Source: Tubulanus polymorphus
Taxonomy: Eukaryota > Animalia > Nemertea
Direction: 5' to 3'
Assembly (NCBI RefSeq): GCF_964204645.1
Contig: NC_134028.1
Coordinates: forward strand, 16,871,653 to 16,935,652
DNA: 64,000 bases
The translations under genes were made by a program, and so were the position numbers. The notes under the pieces were generated by a model. That model was not told the DNA's origin. It ran no database searches and worked only from the letters and a program-made list of their open reading frames with translations. Numbering within the stretch: position 1 is the stretch's first letter; every line of letters starts with the position of its first letter. Shown one piece after another: positions 26,720-38,538 of this stretch.

Positions 26720-27142
26720 CTAATTAGTAAATCTATACGCTACAAATATAACAATAACAGTTCCACCTAAAATCCAAATGATTTCATATTTCTGTTGTTC
26801 TTTACTTGGGGTATAATAATCTGATAATTTAGGTTTGTATAGATGTAATTTTTCTTTATTGGTTAATGCGTTATATAAACTCATTGCATCATCAACTGAT
26901 TGAAAATCTCTGCGTGAAATCTTCTGATCATATAATTCCTTGTTAATATAATCCATATAGTTTTGTTTCTTTTCTCTGTATTCTTCTGCTGCTTTATTGT
27001 ATTTCTCTAATGCTAAGTTATGTCTTTTTTGTTCTGTTAATGATCCATTTTTATCAATATGCTTAAATAAATATCCACCACCAGTAAATACTAAAGCGTA
27101 AACAATTGCCGATCCTATAATAGTTATAATTGCAGAAGCCAT
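26720..27142 (-). CDS. Maverick-associated membrane protein
   Basis: Hydrophobic N- and C-termini; EQKRHNLALEKY coiled segment; TAAATAAATG start context. Confidence 0.75.
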   Translation of the reverse strand: MASAIITIIGSAIVYALVFTGGGYLFKHIDKNGSLTEQKRHNLALEKYNKAAEEYREKKQNYMDYINKELYDQKISRRDFQSVDDAMSLYNALTNKEKLHLYKPKLSDYYTPSKEQQKYEIIWILGGTVIVIFVAYRFTN

Positions 27143-27166
27143 TTATTTAGCAAAAAAATTATGCAT

Positions 27167-27388
27167 TTATATGGGAGGAATATATTTTTGTTTTTCTAAA
27201 TAATCAATAGTTAAATTAGATAAAGTAATTGCTAATGTTAATTTTAAGATATCATTTATATCAAATCTATCAAAATTAACACTTCCCATTTTAAATACTT
27301 TTTTTAATACCATTGAATAACCAACAGTTCCAACTGATAGAAATGCTCCATTATATAATCCAGTTATTATCCACTTATTATCACTCAT
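27167..27388 (-). CDS. Small hydrophobic viral protein
   Basis: Intact 73-aa ORF, tightly packed in the gene block. Confidence 0.7.
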   Translation of the reverse strand: MSDNKWIITGLYNGAFLSVGTVGYSMVLKKVFKMGSVNFDRFDINDILKLTLAITLSNLTIDYLEKQKYIPPI

Positions 27389-27404
27389 ATATTTATCAAA
27401 AAAA

Positions 27405-27745
27405 TTACTATCTTCAAAATATTTAGTTAACTTATTTATGATTAATTCAACATTTATTTCATTACTAGTTTCATTTGTATATATTTCAATTATTATTTTT
27501 TTAATATCATCGATGATAAAATCTTCATCTAATTCATAAAATCTTAAAGATTCTCAAATTAAATTAGTAATCTTTTCTACATTTAAATTTTCTTTATCTA
27601 TTGTTGTTTCATACTCAAATGTTGTTTCATTAGAAAATGCAATATTTTTGATATGTGTAATTACATCATTAACGTTAAATTTCATTTCTTTCTCATGTTT
27701 AAAATCAAACCCAAAACATATTCTCGGTCCAACAGTTATATTCAT
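27405..27745 (-). pseudogene. Hypothetical protein, interrupted
   Basis: TAAATG start; coding-like sequence continues past TGA at 27554. Confidence 0.5.
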
Positions 27746-27761
27746 TTATATAATGAAAAAA

Positions 27762-28516
27762 TTACTCTTTACATCTTATAACTAATTCATAAATTACAGG
27801 AAAGTTATTCAAATCAATTAAGTATCCATTATGATTTCTTACTTCTAATCTAAAATTATTAAATTTAGGAATGCAAGGTTTAAAATCACATTCTGTTAAA
27901 TTATAATTTATTTGAGTTCCAAATTGTTTAACATTTTTAGCGGTAAAATATTTAGTATACTAGAACTACAAATTGTTTCTTTAGTTGCTTCGAAAGTTTT
28001 TGTAGGATTGATTAAATTGCAATAAATATAAAAGTGCGTAAAAGGTATTATATTTGAGATGCCTTCTGCGTTTCCAGTAACTGTAAGCGGTTTAATTCCT
28101 AACATTTTAGCCAGTGGTTTGTTTACCATAAATTTATGTTGTTCATTAGATATCTTTATTCTTATTTTATTAGTACTATCAATTTTATTAAATTTAATTT
28201 CAAATACAGAAGTGCCCCCAATTTTCAACCGAGCTCTTCTATTAATTTCCTGCGCTAATGATTCTAAATTATATAATCCTGGTTTTAAAAATATATGAAA
28301 CCATTTATCTTTATTTCTCATATAAATCATAAACCCTCTATGTTCAAAAGTTTTATCCGATATATTATAAAAAGAATTACATAAACTTATATTTACTAAT
28401 TTAAAATCAACAAAATTCTTGAATTCTCTATCTAATTGTACTAGTAAATTATGTGATTTATAATTTGTAAGTTTTCTTGAATCAACAAATATTCTGTATT
28501 CTTTTAATTCTACCAT
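27762..28516 (-). pseudogene. Minor capsid (penton-like) protein
   Basis: LKPGLYNLESL, FYIYCNLI, SSILNILPL, and after a frameshift near 27935 FRLEVRNHNGYLIDLNNFPVIYELVIR, typical of Polinton mCP. Confidence 0.75.
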
Positions 28517-28533
28517 TTATTTTACATATTTTC

Positions 28534-28887
28534 TTATTCGAAATCTATTTCATGGTGCCCCTTTTCATTCTTACCTTTGTATACGAAATAGAAATCTCCA
28601 GAACATAATTCTTCTAAATCTTCACTTGATAATCTATGAAATCTATCTGGTAAATATGTTCTGAATTTATGTGTATTTCCTTTTAATCCTTCATATTCTA
28701 AGTGTATAACTAATTTATCTCCATATTTGTTAGTAACTCTATCAATATTTGTAATTAGATATTTCTTATGGATTATTAATTCTTTTAACTTCTTAAATTT
28801 ATAATCTACTGATTTGACATTAGTAGTATCTTTTATTCTATCTAGAAATAATTTGTTGTTCTCACTGTGCGTTTGTTTACTCTCCAT
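28534..28887 (-). CDS. Polinton-associated small protein (possible OB-fold ssDNA-binding protein)
   Basis: FKKLKEL...TNKYGDKLVIHL...TYLPDRF...FVYKG pattern; sits downstream of polB; function is inference. Confidence 0.55.
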   Translation of the reverse strand: MESKQTHSENNKLFLDRIKDTTNVKSVDYKFKKLKELIIHKKYLITNIDRVTNKYGDKLVIHLEYEGLKGNTHKFRTYLPDRFHRLSSEDLEELCSGDFYFVYKGKNEKGHHEIDFE

Positions 28888-28916
28888 TTATAATACATAT
28901 TTTTATTAAAATTTGA

Positions 28917-29765
28917 TTAACGCGTTAGAATTCTTTTCCTTATCTCGTTCTCTTTTGTTTCTTCTCTTTTAAATTTTAAGTATTCATCTAAATTGCAACC
29001 ATAAGCAACTGTATGAATTCCATCATCTAAAATATATCTTTTATCATCAAATGGGTTTAGACTTATCTTTTCAATTTCTTCAACATATTGTTCATTATTT
29101 GGTTCATTGTTCCATAATTCAATGAATTTCGTTGCTTTATCTAATTGATCCAAATATAACTGAAAATCTAGTTTATTAGATTTGATTTGATTTTCTTTCT
29201 TTTCAAGAAGTCTTAGATTCTTCCAATTCCAAATTAATTTCTGATTGTGTTCATCATTCATGTTAAATTTAGATATCGGTAACACATGATCAATATGAAA
29301 GTATTCACCATAGTTTTTTTCATTCATTTTATCGTTGAATTGATATACAATCCACGATTTGAGAAATTCATCTGAACAACCCAATAAATTAGATAGTGTA
29401 ACTGAATGCGCTTCTTTACTGAATAATTGTGATAATCTATTACCTAGACATTGTTTCATTTTAAAATTAAAATCTGTTTGATATCTTTCTTTATGATATT
29501 TATTTTGATACGCTTTAACGCGTTCTGGATTATTTCCCTTCCATTGCTTAATTTTATCGTTGCGTGCTTCAATATTATCTCTATAATATTGTTGATTATT
29601 CTGATTATAACAGCTTTTACAATTATGGCGTAAACCATCTTTACCAATCTTACGTTTATAATAATCTGTAAATGGCTTACTTATTTTACATTTGCAACAT
29701 GTTTTATGATATATATTTATAACACTATTTGTAATATTGATAGTTTGTGATTGTTCCGGCTCCAT
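28917..29765 (-). CDS. HNH-type endonuclease, copy 2, fused in frame to a duplicate polB C-terminal tail
   Basis: CCKC...CKSC zinc motif; HIDHVLP...NLRLLEKKENQIKSNK; tail EEIEKISLNPFDDKRYILDDGIHTVAYG equals the polB end. Confidence 0.85.
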   Translation of the reverse strand: MEPEQSQTINITNSVINIYHKTCCKCKISKPFTDYYKRKIGKDGLRHNCKSCYNQNNQQYYRDNIEARNDKIKQWKGNNPERVKAYQNKYHKERYQTDFNFKMKQCLGNRLSQLFSKEAHSVTLSNLLGCSDEFLKSWIVYQFNDKMNEKNYGEYFHIDHVLPISKFNMNDEHNQKLIWNWKNLRLLEKKENQIKSNKLDFQLYLDQLDKATKFIELWNNEPNNEQYVEEIEKISLNPFDDKRYILDDGIHTVAYGCNLDEYLKFKREETKENEIRKRILTR

Positions 29766-29794
29766 TTATAATACATATTTTTATTAAAACTGAA

Positions 29795-32700
29795 TTAACA
29801 CGTTATAATCCTGTTCATTATTTCCTTTTCTTTCTCTTCTTCCCTTTTAAATTTTAAGTATTCATCTAAATTGCAACCATACGCGACTGTGTGTATACCA
29901 TCATCTAATATATATCGTTTATCATCAATGGATTCAAACTTGTCTTCTCTATTTCTTCAATAAACATTTCGTGGTACTCAGCTCTTAAACATCTCATCTT
30001 ATGTTTTCTAACTTCTTCATTGAATATACAATTGATGTAATCTTTGAAATGAATATTCTTTTCTACTACACTTTTGGTTATTCCTTTTAACTTTTTAGCT
30101 TCATGTTCTTTAGTTTTTTTATGAATACATTTTAGATCTAATACCGATGAATTCAATCATTTCTTCACCACCTTATCCATCTTTGAATTTACCGGGAACT
30201 TTTTTATTATCATTGCTAAACAATTCATGATCTTTAGGATAATTACTGAAATCAAAATGATGTCTTAATGTTTTTAAATCATCAGTTATGTTATCAGTTT
30301 TTATCTTTAATATGTAACTGTCGGTATCAAAATATAATATTTCTTTATGTTTTTCTCCAAAAAGTGGTTGTAATACATTATAATAGAATTCATACATTAG
30401 TAATTTTGATAATTCTAAAACTGAAGCGCCAACATAGATTGGTTTATTAAATTTCATTGATGTTCTTCTCATTTTAACTGCGGCTAAATTTTCATCAAAT
30501 ATTTTGTTACCTATAAATTTAGGATATGTTTGTAAATGTCTAATTCTTTTACCATTACTAACTAACTCAATATCATTTCTATTTCTAATATTTTCACAAG
30601 TCTTACCATAGAATGCATTATTCATTAACTTGAAGAAATCTTTCTCAAAATCAGTTTTAGTATCAGTTCTCTGTTTGGTGTTAAAATCTATATATTTTTC
30701 TAACCATTTAGATTGACTAAATGAAATATATCTATGTACTTTTTTTAGAACCATTCCTTGTTTTAGATAAAACTTTAACATTCTATAATGTACTACATAA
30801 TTATATTTATCTTCTTGAGTTACCATTAACTTTTCTGTATGAATATGATTTTCGGGTTTGATTCTTTTTTGGTAATTTGATAATTCTTCATGTGTCACAG
30901 TTTTATGTTCGGGACAGTAAGCTAGATTTCTAGATTTAAATTTTTTATCTTCAGGATATTCTAAATCTACAACAAAGAAGTAACCAGTATCTGAATCATC
31001 TGCAATATCTAGAATTCTTTTCTTCCAATCAAATTTATCTACATTTTCATGCGGTAAAACTTCACTTATTTCAAATACTCCATAAGGTTGTGGTTCCATC
31101 ATTGCCCAACCATACAAATTATTTGCATCTATATATAATAACTTATATCTAGGGTTATCATTTACATTGAAATATCTATCACCTAATACACCAGAAACTC
31201 CTCCTCTTATAGATTTTTCAAATAATAATAATTGATCTATATCTGTTAACAAATCCATTTTTATATCTGTAAATTTTAATCCACAATCCCATGTTAAACC
31301 TGGACTTGAATAACAATGACATGGATCAATATTAAAATATTTTAGGTTTACATCTCTAAACCTTTCAAATATATCGGTCAATAATAATACATCTGATTTT
31401 AAATATATATCTACTAATTGCCCATGATTTTCTACTTTGAAATGATTCCAAATATTCAATGTTCTATTATATACTTCATCTTTAACATATTCATTTTTTA
31501 ATTCATCATAAAATTGTTCTTTTGATAATTCAGTTATGTTAAAATCATTATGATTTTTATAGAAAGAATATGGAATTGCTCCTTTATATCTCATTAATTG
31601 GAAATCATCATTATTTGGGTAGTGTTGTTTTAATATTTTTAATTCATCATCAACTAATGATTTTGATAAGTTATCTAATGAACTATTTAAAAATCTATAT
31701 GAATCTATAAATCTTAAACACCCAAATTGGAATGATATATAATTCTCAGATGTTTTAGCTAACATTCTAAATTTATAAGTTGGTATTTTATCTTTTGATC
31801 TATTTGAATTTAATATTTCTATTTCATTATTAATTTCTTCTATTTTATGGCATAACTGTTTGATGAATAAATGTGCATCATATCCTGATAGATTATGAAA
31901 TATAACTGGTACAAAGTTAATTTTCTTAGCTTGTAAGTTACAATTCTCATGCGCTGCGCCTCTAAACTTTCCATTCAAATGATCATGGTCTCTTACTTTT
32001 TTATCTTTATAATTAAATATCATTTCACAATAATAATATTTATCTGCAAACTCAAATGCTTCTTTATCTTCTTCTGTCATTATAATTTCTATATTTGTAT
32101 TCAATAATTTACTAAATCTGATTTCATATTCAATTAATAAGTCACAAAAATGATTGATAACATTTTCATTTCTATAATGATAATATTCACTTTTAATTAG
32201 TTCTGGATAATCAGATTTTATATATAACCCGAAAGCAGCAGCTGATTGATGAATCTTTTTAATAGTATTTGTTTTTGGTGGTTCTTCAGAATAATCATTT
32301 TCAATAGAATTTAATTTCTTTCTCTTATAATATATTTCTTTTCTATCTTGATCAGTTAATTCTTTATTTAATGATTCAAAATCTCCATATATAACAAATG
32401 GAACTTTATTTTTGTAATCATATTTTTTGAATTCTAATATTTTATCCTTTTCATTTGGTAAAACTAATTTACAATAATCATGATTTTCACATAATTGTTT
32501 ATGATTTAATAATGCACTTTCAGTTCTGAATTTATGTAAACATTTTCTACATAGGTATATTTTATTATCAAAATCATTTTCTGATTTGAAAAATTAATCG
32601 ATTCTTTTAATCCACATATAATGATTCCCATAATATAGTATATCTATAACACCATTTGAATCATAATCTTTTGATGCTTCAATATCTGGTTCTTTATAAT

Positions 32701-33523
32701 ATGATACATTATTTTCATCAATTGGTTTTGATTTAGTTAACTTATTATATTTTGTGTTATAAACGTGTAAAGTCATAAATATTATTTCATCAAATATTAA
32801 ACCAGATCCTTCAAAATATTTATCTTCTATTTTAGTTTTTACTTCATTATAACATTTATCTAATTTATCATCTATATGTTGTTTAGATATAATATGTTGT
32901 GAATGAGAATTTATATTATATATTGGTTTATCTTCAGATTTTCTAAAGTTTACTTTAACTGATATACTAATTTTAGGATATTCAACATCAGTTATTTTTA
33001 TTATTTCTTTCATATTTTCTGAATGTTTTTTATTTTCTTCTAATGTTTTTCCTTTATGAAATTTAAACTCAATAGCTGCTGGACCAATATCACTTTTAAA
33101 TGCTTCGGTTATCTCTATATCTTTTTTATTATCTAATGAATTAATATAATTTCTTACATCTTCCATGTATGGTCTTTTATTGTTTAATTTATTTTTTATG
33201 CTTTTAATTGTCTTCTGTTTCGTATCGTTATCATTATCAAAATAATCCTCACCTAAAATATCATTATTCATATTTCTAATATGGCTTTTAGATTTTAAAT
33301 GTTCATTATAATATCTTTTATCACTGAATGATTGATTACATGTATCACATTTGTATGTTTCTTTTTCATTCTTTAATTCATCTAATTTAGTTTCTAATAT
33401 ATCATCTTCATATTCTAATTTCAATTTATTCTCTAAATGTGTTTTAGTTTTATTGTGTCTTGCTTTTTGGGATTTATCTATATTGATATTACATGTTGGA
33501 CAGTAGTACTTATTTGCTTCCAT
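29795..33523 (-). pseudogene. polB: Protein-primed family B DNA polymerase with N-terminal zinc fingers and an endonuclease VII-like insert
   Basis: YGDFES, HNLSGYDAH, YLKSDV exonuclease motifs; DANNLYG, KLMNNAFYGK, YFDTDS polymerase motifs; VRDHDHLNGKFRGAAHENCN; several frameshifts (~32595, ~32105, ~30175, ~29930). Confidence 0.95.
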
Positions 33524-33711
33524 TTTAATACTAAATTTTTTATTAAAATTGATTTTAGAAGTTATTCATTTATATTTTATTCATATATATATGAATATTT
33601 TAAGAGTAATAGGGAATAAGTTGTTTCATATCAAAGGTTGAAGTGGCGAGTGAGTAAAAAATAAAAAATAAATTCGAGTTTGCGAGAATTTATTTTTTAT
33701 TTTTTATGAGC
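33254..33711 (-). repeat. Right terminal inverted repeat, lacking the outermost ~45 bp
   Basis: Reverse complement of 15404-15858; similarity stops at ...ttttatgagc 33711. Confidence 0.92.
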
Positions 33712-35051
33712 GATTTTTTGGGCCTGTCCCCGTAATCCCTTTGGGTCTTTAACCCTTTCACACCTAAAATTTTTTATTAAAAAAAAATATTAAATTTCCG
33801 TTAAATCATCATCAAGCTAACCATAACACCCCCGGCAGCTATAGAAATGAACAGATTACATATTCTATTGCAGTTTACAAAATTACTCGGCCAATTTAAA
33901 AGGAAAGATGGTATCATTATCTTAGCCTTAGAGATCCTTAGACCAACGAAATGATTAATGATGAACTAGTTAATTTTGGGCTTGGGTAATCTAAATAAAA
34001 TGCCGCTGACACATAATGCAAGATTGCTGAGAATTCACAAATTGTTAGTAGAGGCTAAATTTGTCACGTAAGAAAAATCATATCGTGACGTTGGCATACA
34101 ATGGTGCGCGCCGATTGGCCGTTCCGTCACGCAAATGCTTTAAAGGTGCGGCCGGAACTGCATCCGACAATCTGCATCCCAATTGTATCTCATTTTGGAG
34201 TTGTGTCATGCAGATATATGTAGCCTATATACTTTAGTGTTACCCTTTTATCCTGATGCTGTTTCATTGTTTGAGGCCATATTTTATACGGAAATATTAT
34301 TTTGCAATTAAATGGAGTGATAATTATATAGATCGTAACTTTTCTGCTTTCTTTTTCTTCTATTTCGTTTTTCATTGGTCATCGTTCGTATCAAAGCTTG
34401 CTCAATTCGAATCGGTCTATCCCAGCTTGAAGCCAAAATAGATGCTGGTTCAGTCGGATTAATTTGTTTTTTCACCCATTTTAAGAAAATTTGACTATAT
34501 CGAACGTGCAGGTATCTGGATCCAGGAAATCTGGGTAGCCTCTATTTTTGTGACGGTACCGAATTGGCTGCAACGTGATTCCATTGCAGTTTTGATTCAT
34601 TCATCGCTGATTTTGTAATACAGTCTGGAACAATTCTAGAGGCCAAATGCTCACAGTACTAACAGTGCTCACAGTTGATACTTTTTACTGATTCAAGGGG
34701 ACCACAGACTTGTCAGTTTAAAACCAGTAACCATGGGTAGTGTATAAACATATAATGATTAAACATTATTTTTTCCAACAAATTTACAAAATTTTACTGT
34801 GTGCAATGGAGAAATGCAACAATTATTGTGAGTACATTATTGCCTTTCATTTTTCGTTAAATTTTAACATCTGGATAAGTGCAAAAAGTGCAAATATTGA
34901 AGTAATGCTCTCTAATAATATGATTTGTTGATAGGATCATGTATCCGTAGTCGCGATAGCTTTAAATTAGATAAAAGTGGCAGAAATCCCTTAAAATAAG
35001 TGCAATATCATCAATATCAATATAATATCGATATCATCGAGCCAGATTCAT

Positions 35052-38000
35052 CTTACGAAAATGGTACACGTGTAATTGTAAATGAAAATACACGTGTAAA
35101 ATTGGCCCAATTTCTTTAAAATGAGTGGACAGCAGCATGCATGCACCCAACAGTATTAGGTTTTCCGACTAATCAGCGTATGGCAGCAGCTGTTGTATCA
35201 TCCAATAGTGAGTAGGCATCCTAAAATGAGAAGAATTTACAATGCTTACGCTATAATCTTTACTAAAACCATTCCGACGCTCATATAATATATAATGTAA
35301 ATACCTGATTTTCATCACGCTGTCGTTGTTGAGAAATCAGTGGAGAATTGAAGGCTCTCTCGCGCTAACATCGTTTTCCAACAATCCCCCAGTGGACACA
35401 TTTTTAAGCCAAAAAAACAGGAATTCCAATTTTATAGTGTCTGTCCTTGGATCAATTCTTATTGGTGTAGACCCTATAAAGTTTGAAAAAAAATGGTCAA
35501 GAATTGATTGCACTAACGTCGTTTTTGCCCCCAGTCGAAACTCCGACAGCGACCTAATTTCATGTCCAGCATACAAGTTTAATGGCGATGATGGGCGCAC
35601 AACAAAATCTAAATGACCCTGCAGTTTTTAGATTGGATGCATAAACACCAAAGACACTCCGTTTTTATCCCTCACAATTGAAATGATCATTTACAATTTT
35701 TTCACTGGACATTCAATCATTTAAGGCCTACTAATACTATGCTAACTAATTCAAATTCAATTCAATGCTAGGTCATGTTGCTTTTCATTCCAATAAACAT
35801 ATTCTTTTAGTGACCTATAAACCTTTACTTTACTACATAACAATAATCATACCTGAACAATCCACAACGCGTCCTTTATACGCGGGATAATAATAAATGG
35901 CCTTCGACTTTTTTGTTCTTCCACTTCCATTCCATTCCAATCCATTCTAATGAATCTAATTCAATGATCCATTCAATGATCCACTATGTGTTTGACCTCA
36001 AACAAAGAAGCAGTGTCACTTTCGGCCCAGTTGTCAATGATCCCCTTTTATGGACTGATTGTCATCCATTATTGCGTTTTGCAATCATTATGAGAATAGA
36101 ATAGATCGTGAAAACGTGTTGCTTAACAATGGCAATATGGCTGCCACCGCGCAGGGGTGCTTGGGAGTTTAATTGAAATAAATTATTTAATTATTAATAA
36201 GTTTTATGTCTGCATTTTAGTTCTATTAGAATTAAAAAATAATCGTGTTAAGTGATATTTAATTAGCAAAAATTACTTATACTAAGGGTTATTATGAAGC
36301 TAAGGCAAAATCAATTAAGTAAATTGAAAATAACGATTCAGTGAAGAAATGACGATCATTTTAATATACGCTGTATTATAAAAATACACAAAAAGGTGCA
36401 TGAATAAGGCCTCTAACTATTTAATTCAACATTTAGATGAGATTATTTTGTCTAGGTTGTTTTTCTGTTCATGAAAACCATTTATCTAGAGCTCGTCAGT
36501 TCGTCAGTGAGGTTTTCATTTTGGTAGTGTTCCAAAATGGAAGACAAATAGGCCTAACACAAAGATGCGCTTTTTAGTGGAAAATTACCCGTAAATATCG
36601 ATATACACCAACCGAATTCGTCTTTTGTAAGCATGGAGTTTGAAAAAGAAATTGCAAGTAAAAAGGCCAGTTAAAATACGCGAGTAGGCCTACATGTTAA
36701 ACATTTGAAGGTAAGATCATTTTAAATGTATAGGTCAATTGCATAGGTCAATTGTTTAGTTTAATGTTAATGTTGTTAGTTAATCTTTTAATCCAGGTCC
36801 GATCTGGTATGTTATGCATGAGGTTTACTGTTCATCGCAACAATAGGCTACAAAATCGCTAGCTGGAAATCAACCTACGTCGTATAGGCCTACTGTAGCC
36901 TTAAGTTCTGTTCTATTTGGGAATAATTTAATCTCAAATTACTTTTTGTCTTGTAGATGGTAATATGTTGCTAAATGATGGACATTTCGATTTTTCAAGA
37001 AGTGGATTTTGAGAATCTGGAAGATTTAAGAATTGAAAATGGCCACAATCCACCAATAATGCAGACAATGGTTATGACAACTTAAGTTAGTAATACAGTG
37101 CCTTATGACTAAAAATGCAATCTTAATTGCCAATCTACTCATCCGATATGAACTTGACCAATCACAAAAATGTTTAATCTGTTTTGCAGCCACAGCTCAT
37201 TGATGGAAATAGATGATCCTCTCCACACAAATGCTGAGGTGAACCATCGTGGGGCTGTTACTACTATTATGGCGTTCTCCCTCAAAGCTGGATCCACATC
37301 AACTGTTTTGACTGGATTGTTGGATCAGTTGAATTTACTGTTACTGAGAAGCGGTTCTACGCAGTTCTAATTAGCCTATTTTCAAAAGATTTTCTCTATG
37401 TCCGGAGGTGAACAAATATTACTGCCCTGTATATAAGACATTATTCAAAAAACTGCAGGTATGATACAAATGTTCATTATGTGATATACAGTATGATAAG
37501 GCAACATTAGAGGAAAAAGGACATTTTTTTGTGTACATGCCCATTAATGAACAACTGAAAAGACTCCTCGGCTAAGAAGAGCTAGCTAGCAACATTAATG
37601 AATGGGCCTACAAGGAAAGCAGAACACTTCGAGCTGGTGACAGCAATATATTCAACATTTTTCATAAATAACATTGTAATTCGGGGCTTGGGCAGTCCCC
37701 TAAGCCTCTAGTTATCTTGATAATAAATGAAAAATATCCAAAATTTTTTGTTCAGATCATGATTTTTGTGAAACAGTTTTTGGATTTATTCAAGGGGCAA
37801 CAAAGACATGTGCTTCATTCATACAGGATCCAATCTAGTCAATACAGGACAAACAACATGACTTTTTTGACACGGCATCCTGGAAAAAACTACTAAATGA
37901 GGATCAAACAATTAAAAAGACAGGAGATTCATTCAAATCCTCGAACATTACATGCACAATCTTACTTTTTATAAAATCATGTGAAGCTAAATGATGTAAT

Positions 38001-38244
38001 TACAAATTTTATTGCAGTTTACAAAAGTGACCAATTATGAGAAACAAGGTACATGTATAATTTTTTAGCCTAGTACATGCATCCAGATTGCACGTGTATT
38101 TCAGAAGCCACATATGAATTTACACGTGTTTTTAAAATACACGTCCTAAGTTACACGTGTATTTCAAAATACACGTCAAAAGTACACGTGTAATTTCATA
38201 TTACACGTGTATTTAGCTAAATACACGTGTACCATTTTCATAAG
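35052..38244 (+). mobile_element. Decayed CACTA/EnSpm-like DNA transposon
   Basis: TIR CTTAYGAAAATGGTACACGTGTA at both ends; clustered subterminal TACACGTG repeats (38090-38230); fragment 37170-37370 (AVTTIMAFSLK...LLDQLNLLL) weakly like an animal CACTA transposase N-terminus. Confidence 0.6.
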
Positions 38245-38467
38245 GGGGCCTTCGTTATGCGACCGGTTGACGATTTTGTTATACAAATATGCTGTTTCAT
38301 GTATTCTTCATTTTGATGAAAAAGGTATGGCTGATTTATTAATGGATAGACAAATAAATGAATTTAGACTCGGATATTGCGAAATAAGTCGACGCTTTCG
38401 TAACAAATATATACTCCACACTAATCTGATACAGTATTAGTGGGTCATGTTTTTATACGAAACTGAT

Positions 38468-38538
38468 CCACACACGCACGCGCACGCGCCCGCACACGCA
38501 CACGCACACGCACACACACACACACACATACACACACA
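38468..38538. repeat. (CA)n/(CACG)n microsatellite
   Basis: Direct inspection. Confidence 0.9.

Larger units (their letters stand above)
15359..33711. mobile_element. Decayed endogenous Polinton/Maverick-type virus (adintovirus/PLV-like)
   Basis: Abrupt AT-rich, intronless, gene-dense block; long TIRs; AGT start; rve integrase, A32-like ATPase, capsid proteins and pPolB in two convergent gene blocks; many stops and frameshifts. Confidence 0.95.

Noticed and set aside
17934-33523. Alternative genetic code or programmed readthrough explaining in-frame stops
   Set aside because: Stops are of mixed types (TAA and TGA) and accompanied by frameshifts and a TE insertion; ordinary decay explains them
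20173-33619. Plus-strand ORFs inside the viral minus block (20173, 22311, 22722, 28059, 29451, 30268, 33437)
   Set aside because: Antisense shadows of recognisable genes, with no motifs
15359-33711. Bacterial/phage contamination or misassembly
   Set aside because: Gene set is Polinton-type, it carries a nested host-like transposon, and it shows neutral decay, consistent with a true endogenous element
34412-34417. tcggtc as the right-hand TSD of the Polinton
   Set aside because: 700 bp from the TIR end and not preceded by terminal sequence
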